NCBI GenBank assembly: GCA_050015075.1
Contig: JBEKCB010000022.1
Span: 1-64,000, forward strand
DNA: 64,000 nucleotides
DNA from: Candidatus Brocadiia bacterium
GTDB lineage: Bacteria > Planctomycetota > Brocadiia > CAIUPP01
Direction: 5' to 3'
Shown one piece after another: positions 25,731 to 35,787 of this stretch (the stretch's first letter is position 1; each line of letters starts with the position of its first letter). The translations under genes were made by a program, and so were the position numbers. The notes under the pieces were generated by a model that saw only the letters and a list, made by a program, of their open reading frames with translations, was not told the origin of the DNA and made no database searches.

Positions 25731-27860
25731 ATGATGAAAACCGTCCGATTCGTGATGGCGCTGCACAACCATCAGCCGGTGGGCAATTTCGAGGACGTGG
25801 TCGAGAAGGCCTGCCGCATGGCCTACCATCCGTTCCTCGACGTGGCCGAAGAATTCCCCGAGATCCGCCTGACGCTCCACTACTCCGGGCCGCTCTTCGA
25901 GTGGGCGGAGGAGCACGATCCGCGGCTGATCGAGCGCGCCGTCGCCGGCGTCCGCGCCGGCCGGTTCGAGCTGATGGGCGGCGGTTTCGGCGAGCCGATC
26001 CTCACCATGCTCTCCTCCGACGACGCCATCGGCCAAATCCGCCTTTTCTGTGAGCGCCTTCGCCGCCGGTACAACGTGCCCGTGCGCGGCCTGTGGCTGA
26101 CGGAACGCATCTGGGAAGCGCAACTCGCCGGCGTCCTCGCGAAGGCCGGCATCGAGTACTCCGTCGTGGACGACTTCCATTTCCGCGCCGTCGGCCTGCG
26201 CGAGGAAGACCTTACCGGCTACTATATCACCGAGGACCAGGGAAAGCTGCTGCGCATGTTCAGCGGCAGCGAATTCCTCCGCTACGCCATCCCCTTCCGC
26301 GACCCGCAGGACACCCTGGCCTACCTGCGCCGGTTCGCGACCGAGGACGGGCGCAACGTGGTGGTCTACGCCGACGACGGCGAGAAGTTCGGCATGTGGC
26401 CGGAGACGTACAAGCACGTCTACGAGCGCGGCTGGCTCCGGAGTTTCCTGAAGCTCTTGAACGAGAACCGCGACTGGATCCGCTTCTCGACGTTCGCCGA
26501 GACCCTCGACGCTCTGCCGCCGCGCGGCCGGATTTACCTCGCCGACGCGTCGTACCGCGAGATGACCGAATGGGCGCTGCCGGTCAAGGCCCAGCTCGAG
26601 CTGGAATCCCTCCTCGACCGGCTGAAGGCGGCGCAACTGCTCGACCCGGCGCGCCCGTTCATGCGCGGCGGAACGTGGCGCAACTTCAAGGCGAAGTACG
26701 TCGAGGCCGCACAGATGTACGCGCGGATGACCGAGGTCAGCCGGCTCGTCGCCGACCGCCAGGCCGCCCGGAACTATGAAGAGGCGCGCCGCGCGCTCTA
26801 TCGCGGCCAATGCAACTGCGCCTACTGGCACGGCGTCTTCGGCGGCCTGTACATGCCGTTCCTCCGCTTCGCGATTTATGAGCAATTGCTGAAGGCCGAG
26901 AATCTCCTCGCCGACCGCCGCGAACATCCCGGTCGGCACGTCGGCGACCTGGACCTCGACGGCCGCCCGGAGGTGAAGCTCCACAACCGGGCGCTGAATT
27001 GCTATCTGAAGCCGGACCGCGGCGGCGCGCTCTACGAGCTCGACGACCGCGAGCGCGGCTGGAACCTGACCGCGGTGATGACGCGCCGGCGCGAGGCCGC
27101 CCACCGGCGGTTGGTCGAAGCCGTGCGGTCCGGCAAGGCCTTCCTCGTGCAGCCCGGCGGGCCCGCGCAGAGCATTCACGACCTGGTGCGCTGCAAGGAA
27201 CCGGGCCTCGAGAAACTGCTGCAGTACGATTCGCACGTGCGGGAGTCGCTGCTCGATCATTTCTACCCGGCCGATGCCGCCGTCCCGGCGCTCAAGCGCA
27301 ACGAGGTCGCCGAATGGGGCGATTTCATCGGCGCCGAATACGATCTGAAAGCGCCGCCTTCGCACGGCAGCGCCGTCACGCTCAGCCGCAGCGGACTGGC
27401 CGGCCCGCCGGGGCGCAAGGCGCCGGTGCAGATTTCCAAGCGCATCACGCTCGGCAAAGGCGGCACGCTCGAAGCGCGTTACGCGCTCGGCTTCCCCGAA
27501 GGCGCCCCGCCGGACACCGTCTTCGGCGTCGAGTTCAACTTCGGCCTGATGGCCGGGAATGCGCCGGACCGGAATTACTTCTCCCACGCGCGCGAGAACC
27601 TCAACAACCTGAGCACGCTGATTTCGCGCCCCGCCGAGCCGGCGCTGGGCCTGGTGGACGAATGGCTCAAAGTCGCCCTCTGGCTGCACGCCGAGCCGGG
27701 CGCCGCGTTCTGGGCGTACCCGGTCGAGACCGTAAGCGATTCGGAAGGCGGGTTTGAGCGCGTGTACCAGGGCTCCGCCGTCATCCCGCACTGGCCGCTG
27801 AACGCCCTGCCCGGCGAAGAGATGGTTTTCACGCTGCGGCTTGAAGTGGCTGAAAAGTGA
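25731..27860 (+). CDS. GH57 4-alpha-glucanotransferase/alpha-amylase (DUF1925/DUF1926 type)
   Basis: HNHQPVGNF, LHYSGPL, GLWLTERIWE, DDGEKFGMWP, SYREMTEWAL, YWHGVFGGLY, SEGGFERVYQGS. Confidence 0.92.
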   Translation: MMKTVRFVMALHNHQPVGNFEDVVEKACRMAYHPFLDVAEEFPEIRLTLHYSGPLFEWAEEHDPRLIERAVAGVRAGRFELMGGGFGEPILTMLSSDDAIGQIRLFCERLRRRYNVPVRGLWLTERIWEAQLAGVLAKAGIEYSVVDDFHFRAVGLREEDLTGYYITEDQGKLLRMFSGSEFLRYAIPFRDPQDTLAYLRRFATEDGRNVVVYADDGEKFGMWPETYKHVYERGWLRSFLKLLNENRDWIRFSTFAETLDALPPRGRIYLADASYREMTEWALPVKAQLELESLLDRLKAAQLLDPARPFMRGGTWRNFKAKYVEAAQMYARMTEVSRLVADRQAARNYEEARRALYRGQCNCAYWHGVFGGLYMPFLRFAIYEQLLKAENLLADRREHPGRHVGDLDLDGRPEVKLHNRALNCYLKPDRGGALYELDDRERGWNLTAVMTRRREAAHRRLVEAVRSGKAFLVQPGGPAQSIHDLVRCKEPGLEKLLQYDSHVRESLLDHFYPADAAVPALKRNEVAEWGDFIGAEYDLKAPPSHGSAVTLSRSGLAGPPGRKAPVQISKRITLGKGGTLEARYALGFPEGAPPDTVFGVEFNFGLMAGNAPDRNYFSHARENLNNLSTLISRPAEPALGLVDEWLKVALWLHAEPGAAFWAYPVETVSDSEGGFERVYQGSAVIPHWPLNALPGEEMVFTLRLEVAEK

Positions 27861-27868
27861 ATGGCGAC

Positions 27869-27941
27869 GGGCAGTATAGGCATGATGGGCGCCATGCGCC
27901 CCCGTGCGGCTCATGACTCCCATTTTTACCATAATCCCCAT
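27869..27941. repeat. Degenerate 9-nt-period palindromic element
   Basis: GGGCAGTATAGGCATGATGGGCGCCATG ... CATGACTCCCATTTTTACCATAATCCCCAT; imperfect complementarity. Confidence 0.45.
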
Positions 27942-27992
27942 AAAGCCAAATGCAGCCTTGCATGTTAGGCCCGATAAGGTAGAATCGTGCTC

Positions 27993-30662
27993 ATGGGCGA
28001 CAAACCGACACAGAATCCGTCATCTCCGGCCGATGCGACTCAGCCGCAACGCGACCCGAAGTCGGTCGTCCACCTCAACCTGATCTTCGAGGTCGGCCGC
28101 GCCTCGCTCTCGAAGCTCGACATGGGCGACCTGCTCGCCACCGCCGCCCAGGCCATCCAGCGCCATTTCGGCTACTACGACGTGAGCATCTTCCTGCTCG
28201 ACCCCGATGCGCAGGAGTGCGTCCTCGTCGCGCACGCCGGCGACTACTACACCGAGGGCATCAAAGGGTATCGGCAGAAACTCAGCGTCGGCATCGTCGG
28301 CTGGGTCGCCAGCCACGGGCAGACCGTCCTCGCCAACGACGTCCGCAACGACTCGCGACACGTCGTCGCGTTCCAGGGCGAGGCCGCGCTCCTCTCCGAG
28401 TTGACCGTGCCGATCCGGCTGCACGGCAAGACGCTCGGCGTCATCAACGTCGAGCGGCGCGAGGTCAACGCCTTCGACGACAGCGACGTGATGACGATGG
28501 AGACGCTCTCCGACCAGCTCGCGCAGGCCATCGCCAACGCGCAGCTCTTCGAACAGACGAGCCTGCTCCTCGACCTGAACCGCAGCGTTCTCGATGCCGT
28601 CCCCTCGAGCCTGTGCGTGCTCGATTCGCAGATGCGCATCCTTTTCACGAACCCGCGTTTCTGCCGCTTCTTCGGCCGCACGGCCGAAGAGGCCCACGGC
28701 ATGGACATCCGCCAGCTCCTGCCGCCCACGCTCTTCCAGCAAGGCGGCCTCGAGTCGGCCATCCACCGCGCCGCCGCGGAGAGCGAGCCGCTTCTCTGCC
28801 CCGACCTCTCCGTCCAGGCCCCCGACCAGCCGCAGCGTTATTTCAACGTGCACGTCGCCGCGACCCAGGTCCCCGAAGGCGGCGGAGTGCTGCTGCTGTT
28901 CGAGGACATCACCGACCGACGCCGCTCCAGCGACGAACTCCTGCGCGAGAAACAGAAGCTTGAGCAGGTCGTGGACCTGATCGGCGCCGGCCTGGCGCTC
29001 ATCGGCAGGGACCACCGGATCCTTTGGGCCAACCGCACGATCAGCGAATGGTTCGGCCGGGGCGCTCCCGTCGTGGGCCGCCGCTGCCACGAGGTCTATT
29101 GCCGGCGCGATACGAAGTGCGTCTCCTGCCCGTCCGAGCAATGTTTCGCCACCGCCGTCAACGGCGAGGCGGAAGTCATCCTCACTCGTTCCGACGGCGC
29201 CCTGCGCGAGTACCATCATGCCGTTACGCCCGTGCTCGACGAGAACGCGCAGGTGGACCAGGTCCTCAAGCTCACGCTCGACGTGACCGACGAGACGAAG
29301 AAGCTCTATCAGCTCGCGCGGCTGCGCCAGATCGGCGAGTTGATGCAGGGCGTGCTCGACCTCGACCGGCTGCTGCATTTCGTGCTGACCTGCGTCACGG
29401 CCGGCCAGGCGCTGGGATTCAACCGCGCATTGCTCTTCCTGGTGGACAAGGACCGGGACGTCCTCGAAGGGAAAATGGGCGTCGGCCCGGCGAGCGCCGA
29501 GGAGGCCGGGCGCATCTGGAGCCAGATCACGCGCGACGCCCCGACACTCGAAGACCTGCTCGCGCGGTACGACCGTGCCGTCCCTCAAACGCCGTCCCTG
29601 CTCGATCAGCTCGCGCGCGGCATCTGCGTCCCGCTCAGCGACAGCTCGCACATCGCCGTCGCCTGCGCGTTCGGACGCCGCCCGATTGTCGTCTCGCGCC
29701 CGCTCGACGACCGGCGCGTGAGCGAGGATTTCCGGCGCCTGCTCGGCTCGCGCGAATTCGTCCTCGCCCCGCTCATCGCGCATGGTGAGCCGGTCGGCGT
29801 CATCCTGGCCGACAACCTCTTCAGCGGCCAGCCGATCAGCGAGGACCACGTCGAGCTCCTCAGCATGTTCGCCAACCAGGCCGCCATCGCGATCGAGAAC
29901 GCGGGCAATTACCGCCGGCTCCAGGAGGAGAAGATGCACCTCGAGGCCGCGTACCGCGACCTGGGCGAGGCGGAGGACAAGCTCGTCCGGTCCGAGCGGC
30001 TCGGCGCGGTCGGCCGCATGGCCGCGCACGTCGCGCACGAAATCCGCAACCCCCTTGTCACCATCGGCGGGTTCGCCAACACGCTGCTGGAGCATCCCGA
30101 CTCGCCCAGGGAAGACCTCCTCCGCTATCTCAAGATCATCGTCAGCGAGGTGCGCCGCCTGGAGGAGATCCTCGCGCGAGTCATGGATTTCACGCGCCCA
30201 CCCAAGGCGCTGCTCCGCGAGGGCGCCATCGAGCCGGTGATCCGCGAGACGATCGAACCGCTGCGCCAGCGCGCGCAGGATCAGCGCGTCGAAATCCGCC
30301 TCGACCTGCCGCCGGATGAGGCGCGACTGCAGATAGACGCCGACCAGATGAAGCAGGTCTTCATCAACCTCTTCAGGAACGCCCTCGACGCCATGCGCGA
30401 CGGCGGCCGCCTTACCGTGCAGGTCGCGCACGAGCCGGGCGCCGTGAAGATCACCATCGCGAACAACGGCGACCCGATCCGCCCCGAGGACCTGCCGAAG
30501 CTCTTCGAGCCGTTCTTCACCACCAAGCCGGGCGGCACCGGGCTGGGCCTCTCCGTCAGCCAGCGCATCGTCCAGGACCACGGCGGTAGCATCCGCGTCG
30601 TCAGCAGCCTCGAACGCGGCACGGAATTCGTCATTGCCCTGCCGCGGAAGGACAGGCCGTAG
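27993..30662 (+). CDS. Cytoplasmic sensor histidine kinase (GAF-PAS-PAS-GAF-HisKA-HATPase)
   Basis: VAHEIRNPL, QVFINLFRNALDAM, FEPFFTTKPGGTGLGL; two GAF and two PAS regions; no TM segments. Confidence 0.92.
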   Translation: MGDKPTQNPSSPADATQPQRDPKSVVHLNLIFEVGRASLSKLDMGDLLATAAQAIQRHFGYYDVSIFLLDPDAQECVLVAHAGDYYTEGIKGYRQKLSVGIVGWVASHGQTVLANDVRNDSRHVVAFQGEAALLSELTVPIRLHGKTLGVINVERREVNAFDDSDVMTMETLSDQLAQAIANAQLFEQTSLLLDLNRSVLDAVPSSLCVLDSQMRILFTNPRFCRFFGRTAEEAHGMDIRQLLPPTLFQQGGLESAIHRAAAESEPLLCPDLSVQAPDQPQRYFNVHVAATQVPEGGGVLLLFEDITDRRRSSDELLREKQKLEQVVDLIGAGLALIGRDHRILWANRTISEWFGRGAPVVGRRCHEVYCRRDTKCVSCPSEQCFATAVNGEAEVILTRSDGALREYHHAVTPVLDENAQVDQVLKLTLDVTDETKKLYQLARLRQIGELMQGVLDLDRLLHFVLTCVTAGQALGFNRALLFLVDKDRDVLEGKMGVGPASAEEAGRIWSQITRDAPTLEDLLARYDRAVPQTPSLLDQLARGICVPLSDSSHIAVACAFGRRPIVVSRPLDDRRVSEDFRRLLGSREFVLAPLIAHGEPVGVILADNLFSGQPISEDHVELLSMFANQAAIAIENAGNYRRLQEEKMHLEAAYRDLGEAEDKLVRSERLGAVGRMAAHVAHEIRNPLVTIGGFANTLLEHPDSPREDLLRYLKIIVSEVRRLEEILARVMDFTRPPKALLREGAIEPVIRETIEPLRQRAQDQRVEIRLDLPPDEARLQIDADQMKQVFINLFRNALDAMRDGGRLTVQVAHEPGAVKITIANNGDPIRPEDLPKLFEPFFTTKPGGTGLGLSVSQRIVQDHGGSIRVVSSLERGTEFVIALPRKDRP

Positions 30663-30686
30663 CGCCGCAGGCGCGCAAAGTTGGCA

Positions 30687-30715
30687 TTGACGCCGCTCGC
30701 TCCGCAAAGTACCAT
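30687..30715 (+). promoter_or_regulatory. sigma70-type promoter for purB
   Basis: TTGACG-N17-TACCAT, then GGAGGA RBS. Confidence 0.6.
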
Positions 30716-30755
30716 CCACAGGCTGAACACGTCATATTGAACCTGGAGGAGAACG

Positions 30756-32216
30756 ATGTCCGAGTCTCCGTCGCCCGAGATTTATTCCTCTCCGCTCGCC
30801 CAGCGATTCGCCAGCCGGGAGATGCTGGAGAATTTCTCCGAGCTGAAGAAGTTCCGCACCTGGCGCAAAGTCTGGGTGGCGCTCGCCGAGGCGGAGCATG
30901 AACTCGGTGTCAAAGCCGTCACCGCAAAGCAGATCCGCGAACTGCGCGCGCACCAGGACGATATCAACCTCGACGTCGCGCGCGAGTTCGAGGCGAAGCT
31001 CCGCCACGACGTCATGGCGCACATCCACGCCTTCGGAAAGCAATGCCCCAACGCGGCGAAGATCATCCACCTCGGCGCGACAAGCTGCGACATCACCGAC
31101 AACGCCGACATCATCATCATGCGCGACGGCCTGCTGATCCTGCGGCGGAAACTGGTCAACCTCATTGACCGGCTGGGAACGTTCGCCGAAAAGTACAAGG
31201 ACTTGCCCACGCTCGGCTGGACGCATTTCCAGCCGGCGCAATTGACGACCGTCGGCAAGCGCGCGTGCCTGTGGGCGCAGGATTTTCTGCTCGACCTGAA
31301 TGAGATCGAGTCAAGGCTCGAAACCCTTCAACTGCGCGGCATCAAGGGCGCGACCGGGACGCAGATGAGCTTCCTCGAACTCTTCGCCGACGAACCTGAA
31401 AAGGTCGAACTGCTGGAACAGCTCGTCGTGAAGAAACTCGGGTTCGAGACGAAACCCTTCGCGGTCACCGGCCAGACGTACCCGCGCAAGCTCGACGCGC
31501 TGATCCTGAATGCCGTGTGCGGCATCGCGCAGTCCGCGCACAAGTTCGCCAACGACATCCGCCTCCTGCAGCACCTGCGCGAGGTGGAGGAGCCATTCGA
31601 GGCGGAGAGCCAGGTCGGCTCGTCGGCGATGGCGTACAAGCGCAACCCGATGCGCTGCGAACGGATCACCGGGCTGGCGCGGTTCCTGATCTGCCTGGAG
31701 CCGAACGCGGCACTCAACGCCGCCGAGCAGTGGCTTGAGCGCACGCTGGACGATTCGTCCAACCGCCGACTCAGCCTGTCGGAGGCGTTCCTGACCGCGG
31801 ACGCAATCCTCCACATCGCGATCAACGTGGCCTCCGGACTCGTCGTCCGGCCGGAGATGATCAAGCGAAACACTGACCGCGAAATTCCCTTCATGGTGAC
31901 GGAATTGATAATCATGATAGGCGTCAAGGCAGGAGCGGACAGGCAGGAACTGCACGAACTTATCCGCAAGCACTCGGTCGCGACCGCCGAAGCGATTCGC
32001 TCAGGCGCGGAAAAGAACGACCTCTTGGAACGGTTGGCAGGAGACCCGCTCCTTCTGAAATCGAGGGAGAATATTCGCTCAATAGCGATAAATTCCGCAG
32101 TTTTCACGGGCCTTGCCGGCCCTCAGGTGTCATCATTCCTGAACGAGCATGTCGCGCCGATCCGCAAGCGCTATGCGCGCGACCTGGACCGCAAGAAAGC
32201 CGACCTGCGCGTGTAA
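30756..32216 (+). CDS. purB: Adenylosuccinate lyase
   Basis: RHDVMAH, IHLGATSC, THFQPAQLTTVGKR, GSSAMAYKRNPMRCE, QWLERTLDDS. Confidence 0.96.
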   Translation: MSESPSPEIYSSPLAQRFASREMLENFSELKKFRTWRKVWVALAEAEHELGVKAVTAKQIRELRAHQDDINLDVAREFEAKLRHDVMAHIHAFGKQCPNAAKIIHLGATSCDITDNADIIIMRDGLLILRRKLVNLIDRLGTFAEKYKDLPTLGWTHFQPAQLTTVGKRACLWAQDFLLDLNEIESRLETLQLRGIKGATGTQMSFLELFADEPEKVELLEQLVVKKLGFETKPFAVTGQTYPRKLDALILNAVCGIAQSAHKFANDIRLLQHLREVEEPFEAESQVGSSAMAYKRNPMRCERITGLARFLICLEPNAALNAAEQWLERTLDDSSNRRLSLSEAFLTADAILHIAINVASGLVVRPEMIKRNTDREIPFMVTELIIMIGVKAGADRQELHELIRKHSVATAEAIRSGAEKNDLLERLAGDPLLLKSRENIRSIAINSAVFTGLAGPQVSSFLNEHVAPIRKRYARDLDRKKADLRV

Positions 32217-32235
32217 TTGACGTAAGAGAACGCTG

Positions 32236-33222
32236 ATGGCCGAACTGCCGAAAAAATGGTCGCGGCGCATCTTCGCCGTGTACATGATCACCACGATTTT
32301 CGGCGGCGTCATTCTCTTTCTCTTCCTCTTTCTCCTCGGCCTCCTGTACGCGATGAACGTGCGCGTGCCGCTGCCCGATCACCACGCGCTCCTTCGCGAG
32401 AACAGCGACAAACCCTGGCTGTACGTACTGGCCCCTGGCTTGGATAAGCTTCCGCCGGGAACCCTCCAGTTCCTGACCGCCGGCGCGCCTTCGCAGGTGC
32501 AGCGGCTCCTGGACGTCCGCAACGCAACTCGCGAGTGCCCTGTGCAAATAGTCATATCCGCAGCCCCGACGAGCGACGGCCGACGCGGCGAGACCAGCCT
32601 CGTCGCGAGCCTCGGCAGGTATCCGGGCCGGTTTTGGCTGGTGGGCCGCGACCTGGAGAAGCGCGTCCAAAAGCAGTTATTGCCGCTCTCCCTCCGGCGT
32701 CACGACGGGAAAGCCATTTTCGTGGAGAATGACACGTCAAAGCCCTTTGGCGCTTTCTGCCTGTCCGCATGCACCCTCGTGCGAAGCTCTACCGCCGACG
32801 GGGCAGAGGCGCTCGCGGGACGCCTGGCAAGAGCCTCGGAAGTTGCCCGCCAAGAAGGAAAAGCATATCCGAGATACCCCGAGTTTTCAGGTATGGTCAC
32901 AGACTGGCGGGACCCTCCGGTTGAAGCGATGGTCCCGCCCGCGTCCATCAAGCGGTGGCAGGATTTCTGCGGAAAGCTCCTCTCGAATTTCCCGGAGCTT
33001 GCGGGCATCAAGAGCGTGGAATTCCGCGGCAGCTTGCCCGACCCCAACCACGCGACCTTGACGCTCGATTCCGGAACACTCAGGGATGTCATTTCTCAGC
33101 CCCTTGCCGAAAAGCTCATCGAATGGCTGAGGCGGAACGGCGCGGAAATCGGCATCACTTCGGCCGACTTGCCTGGGACGCTGAAAGACGGCGCGGGAGT
33201 CACGGTCAACGTTGAGTTTTGA
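32236..33222 (+). CDS. Hypothetical membrane-anchored protein
   Basis: 328 aa ORF with an N-terminal TM helix, between purB and thiE. Confidence 0.7.
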   Translation: MAELPKKWSRRIFAVYMITTIFGGVILFLFLFLLGLLYAMNVRVPLPDHHALLRENSDKPWLYVLAPGLDKLPPGTLQFLTAGAPSQVQRLLDVRNATRECPVQIVISAAPTSDGRRGETSLVASLGRYPGRFWLVGRDLEKRVQKQLLPLSLRRHDGKAIFVENDTSKPFGAFCLSACTLVRSSTADGAEALAGRLARASEVARQEGKAYPRYPEFSGMVTDWRDPPVEAMVPPASIKRWQDFCGKLLSNFPELAGIKSVEFRGSLPDPNHATLTLDSGTLRDVISQPLAEKLIEWLRRNGAEIGITSADLPGTLKDGAGVTVNVEF

Positions 33223-33232
33223 GGGTTCAGCA

Positions 33233-33841
33233 ATGTTCAAGCTCATGCTGGTCACGGATCGCCGGCGTTCGAAGCGGCCGCTGGCGGAGACGGTGCGAAT
33301 GGCGCTGGCGGGCGGCGTGGACGCGGTGCAGTTGCGGGAGCGCGATCTCAGTGCGCGCGAGCTCTACGACCTGGCGTTGAAGCTCCGCGCGATCACGCGC
33401 GCGGCGGGCGCGGCGCTGATCGTCAACCAGCGGCTCGACGTGGCGCTCGCCGCCGGCGCGGACGGCGTGCACCTCGGCTGGCGGTCCCTGAACCCGGCGG
33501 CCGTGCGCAAACTCGCCGGCGAGAAATTCCTGATCGGCCTCTCCTGTCACGACGGGCCGCAGCTTCATTCCGCCGAAGAATCCCGCGCGAACTACGCGCT
33601 GCTCGGACCGGTGTTTCACACGCCGTCGAAGGAAGGGCTGGTGTACCCGATCGGCCTCGGGCCTCTGAAGGACATGGTCTCCGCCGCGAAGATCCCCATC
33701 CTCGCCATCGGCGGCGTTACGCCGGAGAACGCCGCGCAGGTGATGGAGACCGGCGTCGCCGGCCTCGCCGTAATCTCCGCGCTGATTGACCCCGAAGACC
33801 CCGCCGCCGCCGCGCGCGCCTTCCGAAAGGAGTGCGAATGA
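33233..33841 (+). CDS. thiE: Thiamine-phosphate synthase
   Basis: LMLVTDR, VQLRERD, ADGVHLG, GPVFHTPSK, AIGGVTPEN. Confidence 0.88.
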   Translation: MFKLMLVTDRRRSKRPLAETVRMALAGGVDAVQLRERDLSARELYDLALKLRAITRAAGAALIVNQRLDVALAAGADGVHLGWRSLNPAAVRKLAGEKFLIGLSCHDGPQLHSAEESRANYALLGPVFHTPSKEGLVYPIGLGPLKDMVSAAKIPILAIGGVTPENAAQVMETGVAGLAVISALIDPEDPAAAARAFRKECE

Positions 33842-33888
33842 TGAATCTTGAGTGATGAAGCGCTTCATCACTCATCCTTCATACTTCT
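33837..33888. repeat. TGAGTGATG-family palindrome between convergent genes (possible bidirectional terminator)
   Basis: Perfect core TGAGTGATGAAGC/GCTTCATCACTCA (33849-33874) with heptamer-periodic flanks. Confidence 0.75.
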
Positions 33889-33895
33889 TACTTCC

Positions 33896-34861
33896 CTACA
33901 GGCTGATCACTTTCCCCGTCTGCGCCGATTCGTTCGCCGCGACGGCGACCGCCAGGCTCTGCACCGCGTCCGCATACGACGAGCGCGCGAGCTTCGGATC
34001 GCCCGATTTCACCGCCTCGACGAACGCCCGCTGGCATGCCGCCAGGCCCGGTTCGGCGTGCTGGACCACGGCGCGCGTGCCCGCCTGGATCGTTTCGAGC
34101 GCTTCCGCGGTCAGCCGAATCTCCAGGTCGCCGGCGATGACGGAAAGCAATGTCTCCTCGCGCGGCGCCACGTCCGCTGCCGTCACCTCGCCGACCGCGC
34201 CGCTGCGGAACCGGAGCGCGGCGACCGACACGTCCTCGATGTCGTAGTTCGGCACGCGCGCCGCGACCATGCCCTGGAACTGTATCCCGTACACCGAAGC
34301 GACGTCGCCGCCGAAGCAGCGCGCCAGGTCAATCAGGTGCGTCGCCTCGAGCAGCAACTGCCCGCCGCACGACTCCCGCTTCGTGCGCCAGCCCGGCGCC
34401 GGCGCCGGGACCAGCCGCCATCCGCGCACGAGCGCCACCCGCCGGTCCTTGAGCAACTCGCGCGCGACGTCGGTCCCCGAAAGATAGCGCCACGGGTGCG
34501 CGACCGACGCGACGACGCCGGACTTCTCGATGTCCTTCTGAATCTGCCGCGCCCTCTCGACACTGAGCGCCACCGGCGGCTCCAGCAGCAGGTGAATCCC
34601 CGCGCGCGCGGCCGCGCTCTCCGGCTCGCCCCGCGCGAAGGGCGGCAGGCAGACCGCCAGCGCGTCGAGCCGCTCCGATTCGAGCAGCGTCCTGTAATGC
34701 AGGTGGACGCTCGCGCCGAACGGCTTCGCCGCCGCCTCCGCGCGCGCCCGGTCATTGTCGCAGACCGCCACGACCTGCACGTCCGCAGCGGAGGCCGAAA
34801 AATTCTGCAGGTACGCGCGGCCGACGCGCCCCGCCCCGATCAGGCCCATGCGAATCGGCAT
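33896..34861 (-). CDS. Gfo/Idh/MocA family oxidoreductase
   Basis: IRMGLIGAGRVG, VAVCD, LLLEPPVA, GGQLLLEATHLIDL. Confidence 0.85.
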   Translation of the reverse strand: MPIRMGLIGAGRVGRAYLQNFSASAADVQVVAVCDNDRARAEAAAKPFGASVHLHYRTLLESERLDALAVCLPPFARGEPESAAARAGIHLLLEPPVALSVERARQIQKDIEKSGVVASVAHPWRYLSGTDVARELLKDRRVALVRGWRLVPAPAPGWRTKRESCGGQLLLEATHLIDLARCFGGDVASVYGIQFQGMVAARVPNYDIEDVSVAALRFRSGAVGEVTAADVAPREETLLSVIAGDLEIRLTAEALETIQAGTRAVVQHAEPGLAACQRAFVEAVKSGDPKLARSSYADAVQSLAVAVAANESAQTGKVISL

Positions 34862-34878
34862 CTGTAACCCTCCGTTTT

Positions 34879-34970
34879 TCGTCCTCGTCCTCGAACGCGC
34901 CCTCCTCGTCGTCATCGGCCTCGGCCAATCGAGACGTTCGTTCGAGGACGAGGACGACGACGAGGACGAT
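34879..34970. repeat. (TCGTCC)n/(GGACGA)n hexamer-arm palindrome
   Basis: TCGTCCTCGTCCTCGAACG ... CGTTCGAGGACGAGGACGACGACGAGGACGA. Confidence 0.8.
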
Positions 34971-34979
34971 TATACTCGA

Positions 34980-35588
34980 TCACGCCCCTTCGCGGCGCGA
35001 TCGTCGGATCTGCGAAACCGCGCCGACAACCCCCACGGTGTATTTTACCGCCGAGCCGACGCTGAAGAGCAGCACGGAGTAGAACGTCACCGTCGCCAGC
35101 ACCAGCCAGAGAAAGTCTTCGCGCTCCGCGACCCACGGCACCAGCACCAGCATCATCAGCGTGAACTGCAGGCCGGTCTTGGCCTTCCCGACCCAGTTCG
35201 CCGCCACCACGACGCCGTACGTCCATGCCGCCGGACGCATGACGAACGTCACCAGCGCCTCCCGCGCGATCAGGATGCCCAGCCCCCAGAGCGGCATATG
35301 AAAGACGAATTGCCCGCCGCCCTGGCTCGTGTGCGGCCGCGCGAAAACGTAAAACACGATCATGCAGAACAGCGCGTCGGCGAACGGGTCGAGCAATTTC
35401 CCAGCCGTCGAAATCGCGTTCCACCGCCGCGCCGCCGCGCCGTCGAGCCAGTCCGTCGCCATCGCCGCCCACACGAGCAGCAGCAGCCACTCCGCGCCGT
35501 ACTCCCTCCGGTCCACGATCAGGAATGCCGGCGCCATCAGGATCCGCAGTCCGGTCAGGAGCAGCGGCACCATGCGCAAGAATTTCAA
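34980..35588 (-). CDS. pgsA: CDP-alcohol phosphatidyltransferase (PgsA-like)
   Basis: LTGLRI, TDWLDGAAARR..STAGKLLDPFAD, ARE, GKAKTGLQ. Confidence 0.82.
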   Translation of the reverse strand: MKFLRMVPLLLTGLRILMAPAFLIVDRREYGAEWLLLLVWAAMATDWLDGAAARRWNAISTAGKLLDPFADALFCMIVFYVFARPHTSQGGGQFVFHMPLWGLGILIAREALVTFVMRPAAWTYGVVVAANWVGKAKTGLQFTLMMLVLVPWVAEREDFLWLVLATVTFYSVLLFSVGSAVKYTVGVVGAVSQIRRSRREGA

Positions 35589-35722
35589 TCCAGTCTCCTG
35601 TCCGCCGTTCGCGGTTCGGCGCGTTCCTCGTTCGCCCGCATTATACCGAACCGTTTGCGCCGAGAAAAATCGTCCTTCTCAAAACAGGACTTGAAAAGCG
35701 CCCCCGGCTATCGCAAACTATG

Positions 35723-35757
35723 CCTGCCGCCCATTCGACGCAGCTCAGGGCGGCAGG
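35723..35757. repeat. TTCGAC..GCTCAGGGC REP-like element forming a hairpin upstream of the DUF2851 gene
   Basis: CCTGCCGCCC-ATTCGACGCAGCTCA-GGGCGGCAGG. Confidence 0.6.
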
Positions 35758-35787
35758 ACCGCTTCTCGAACCGGTGGAGAGCGCGAC

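Noticed and set aside
31860-32145. Diversity-generating retroelement variable region in purB or the pilin
   Set aside because: No template repeat or reverse transcriptase seen in the window
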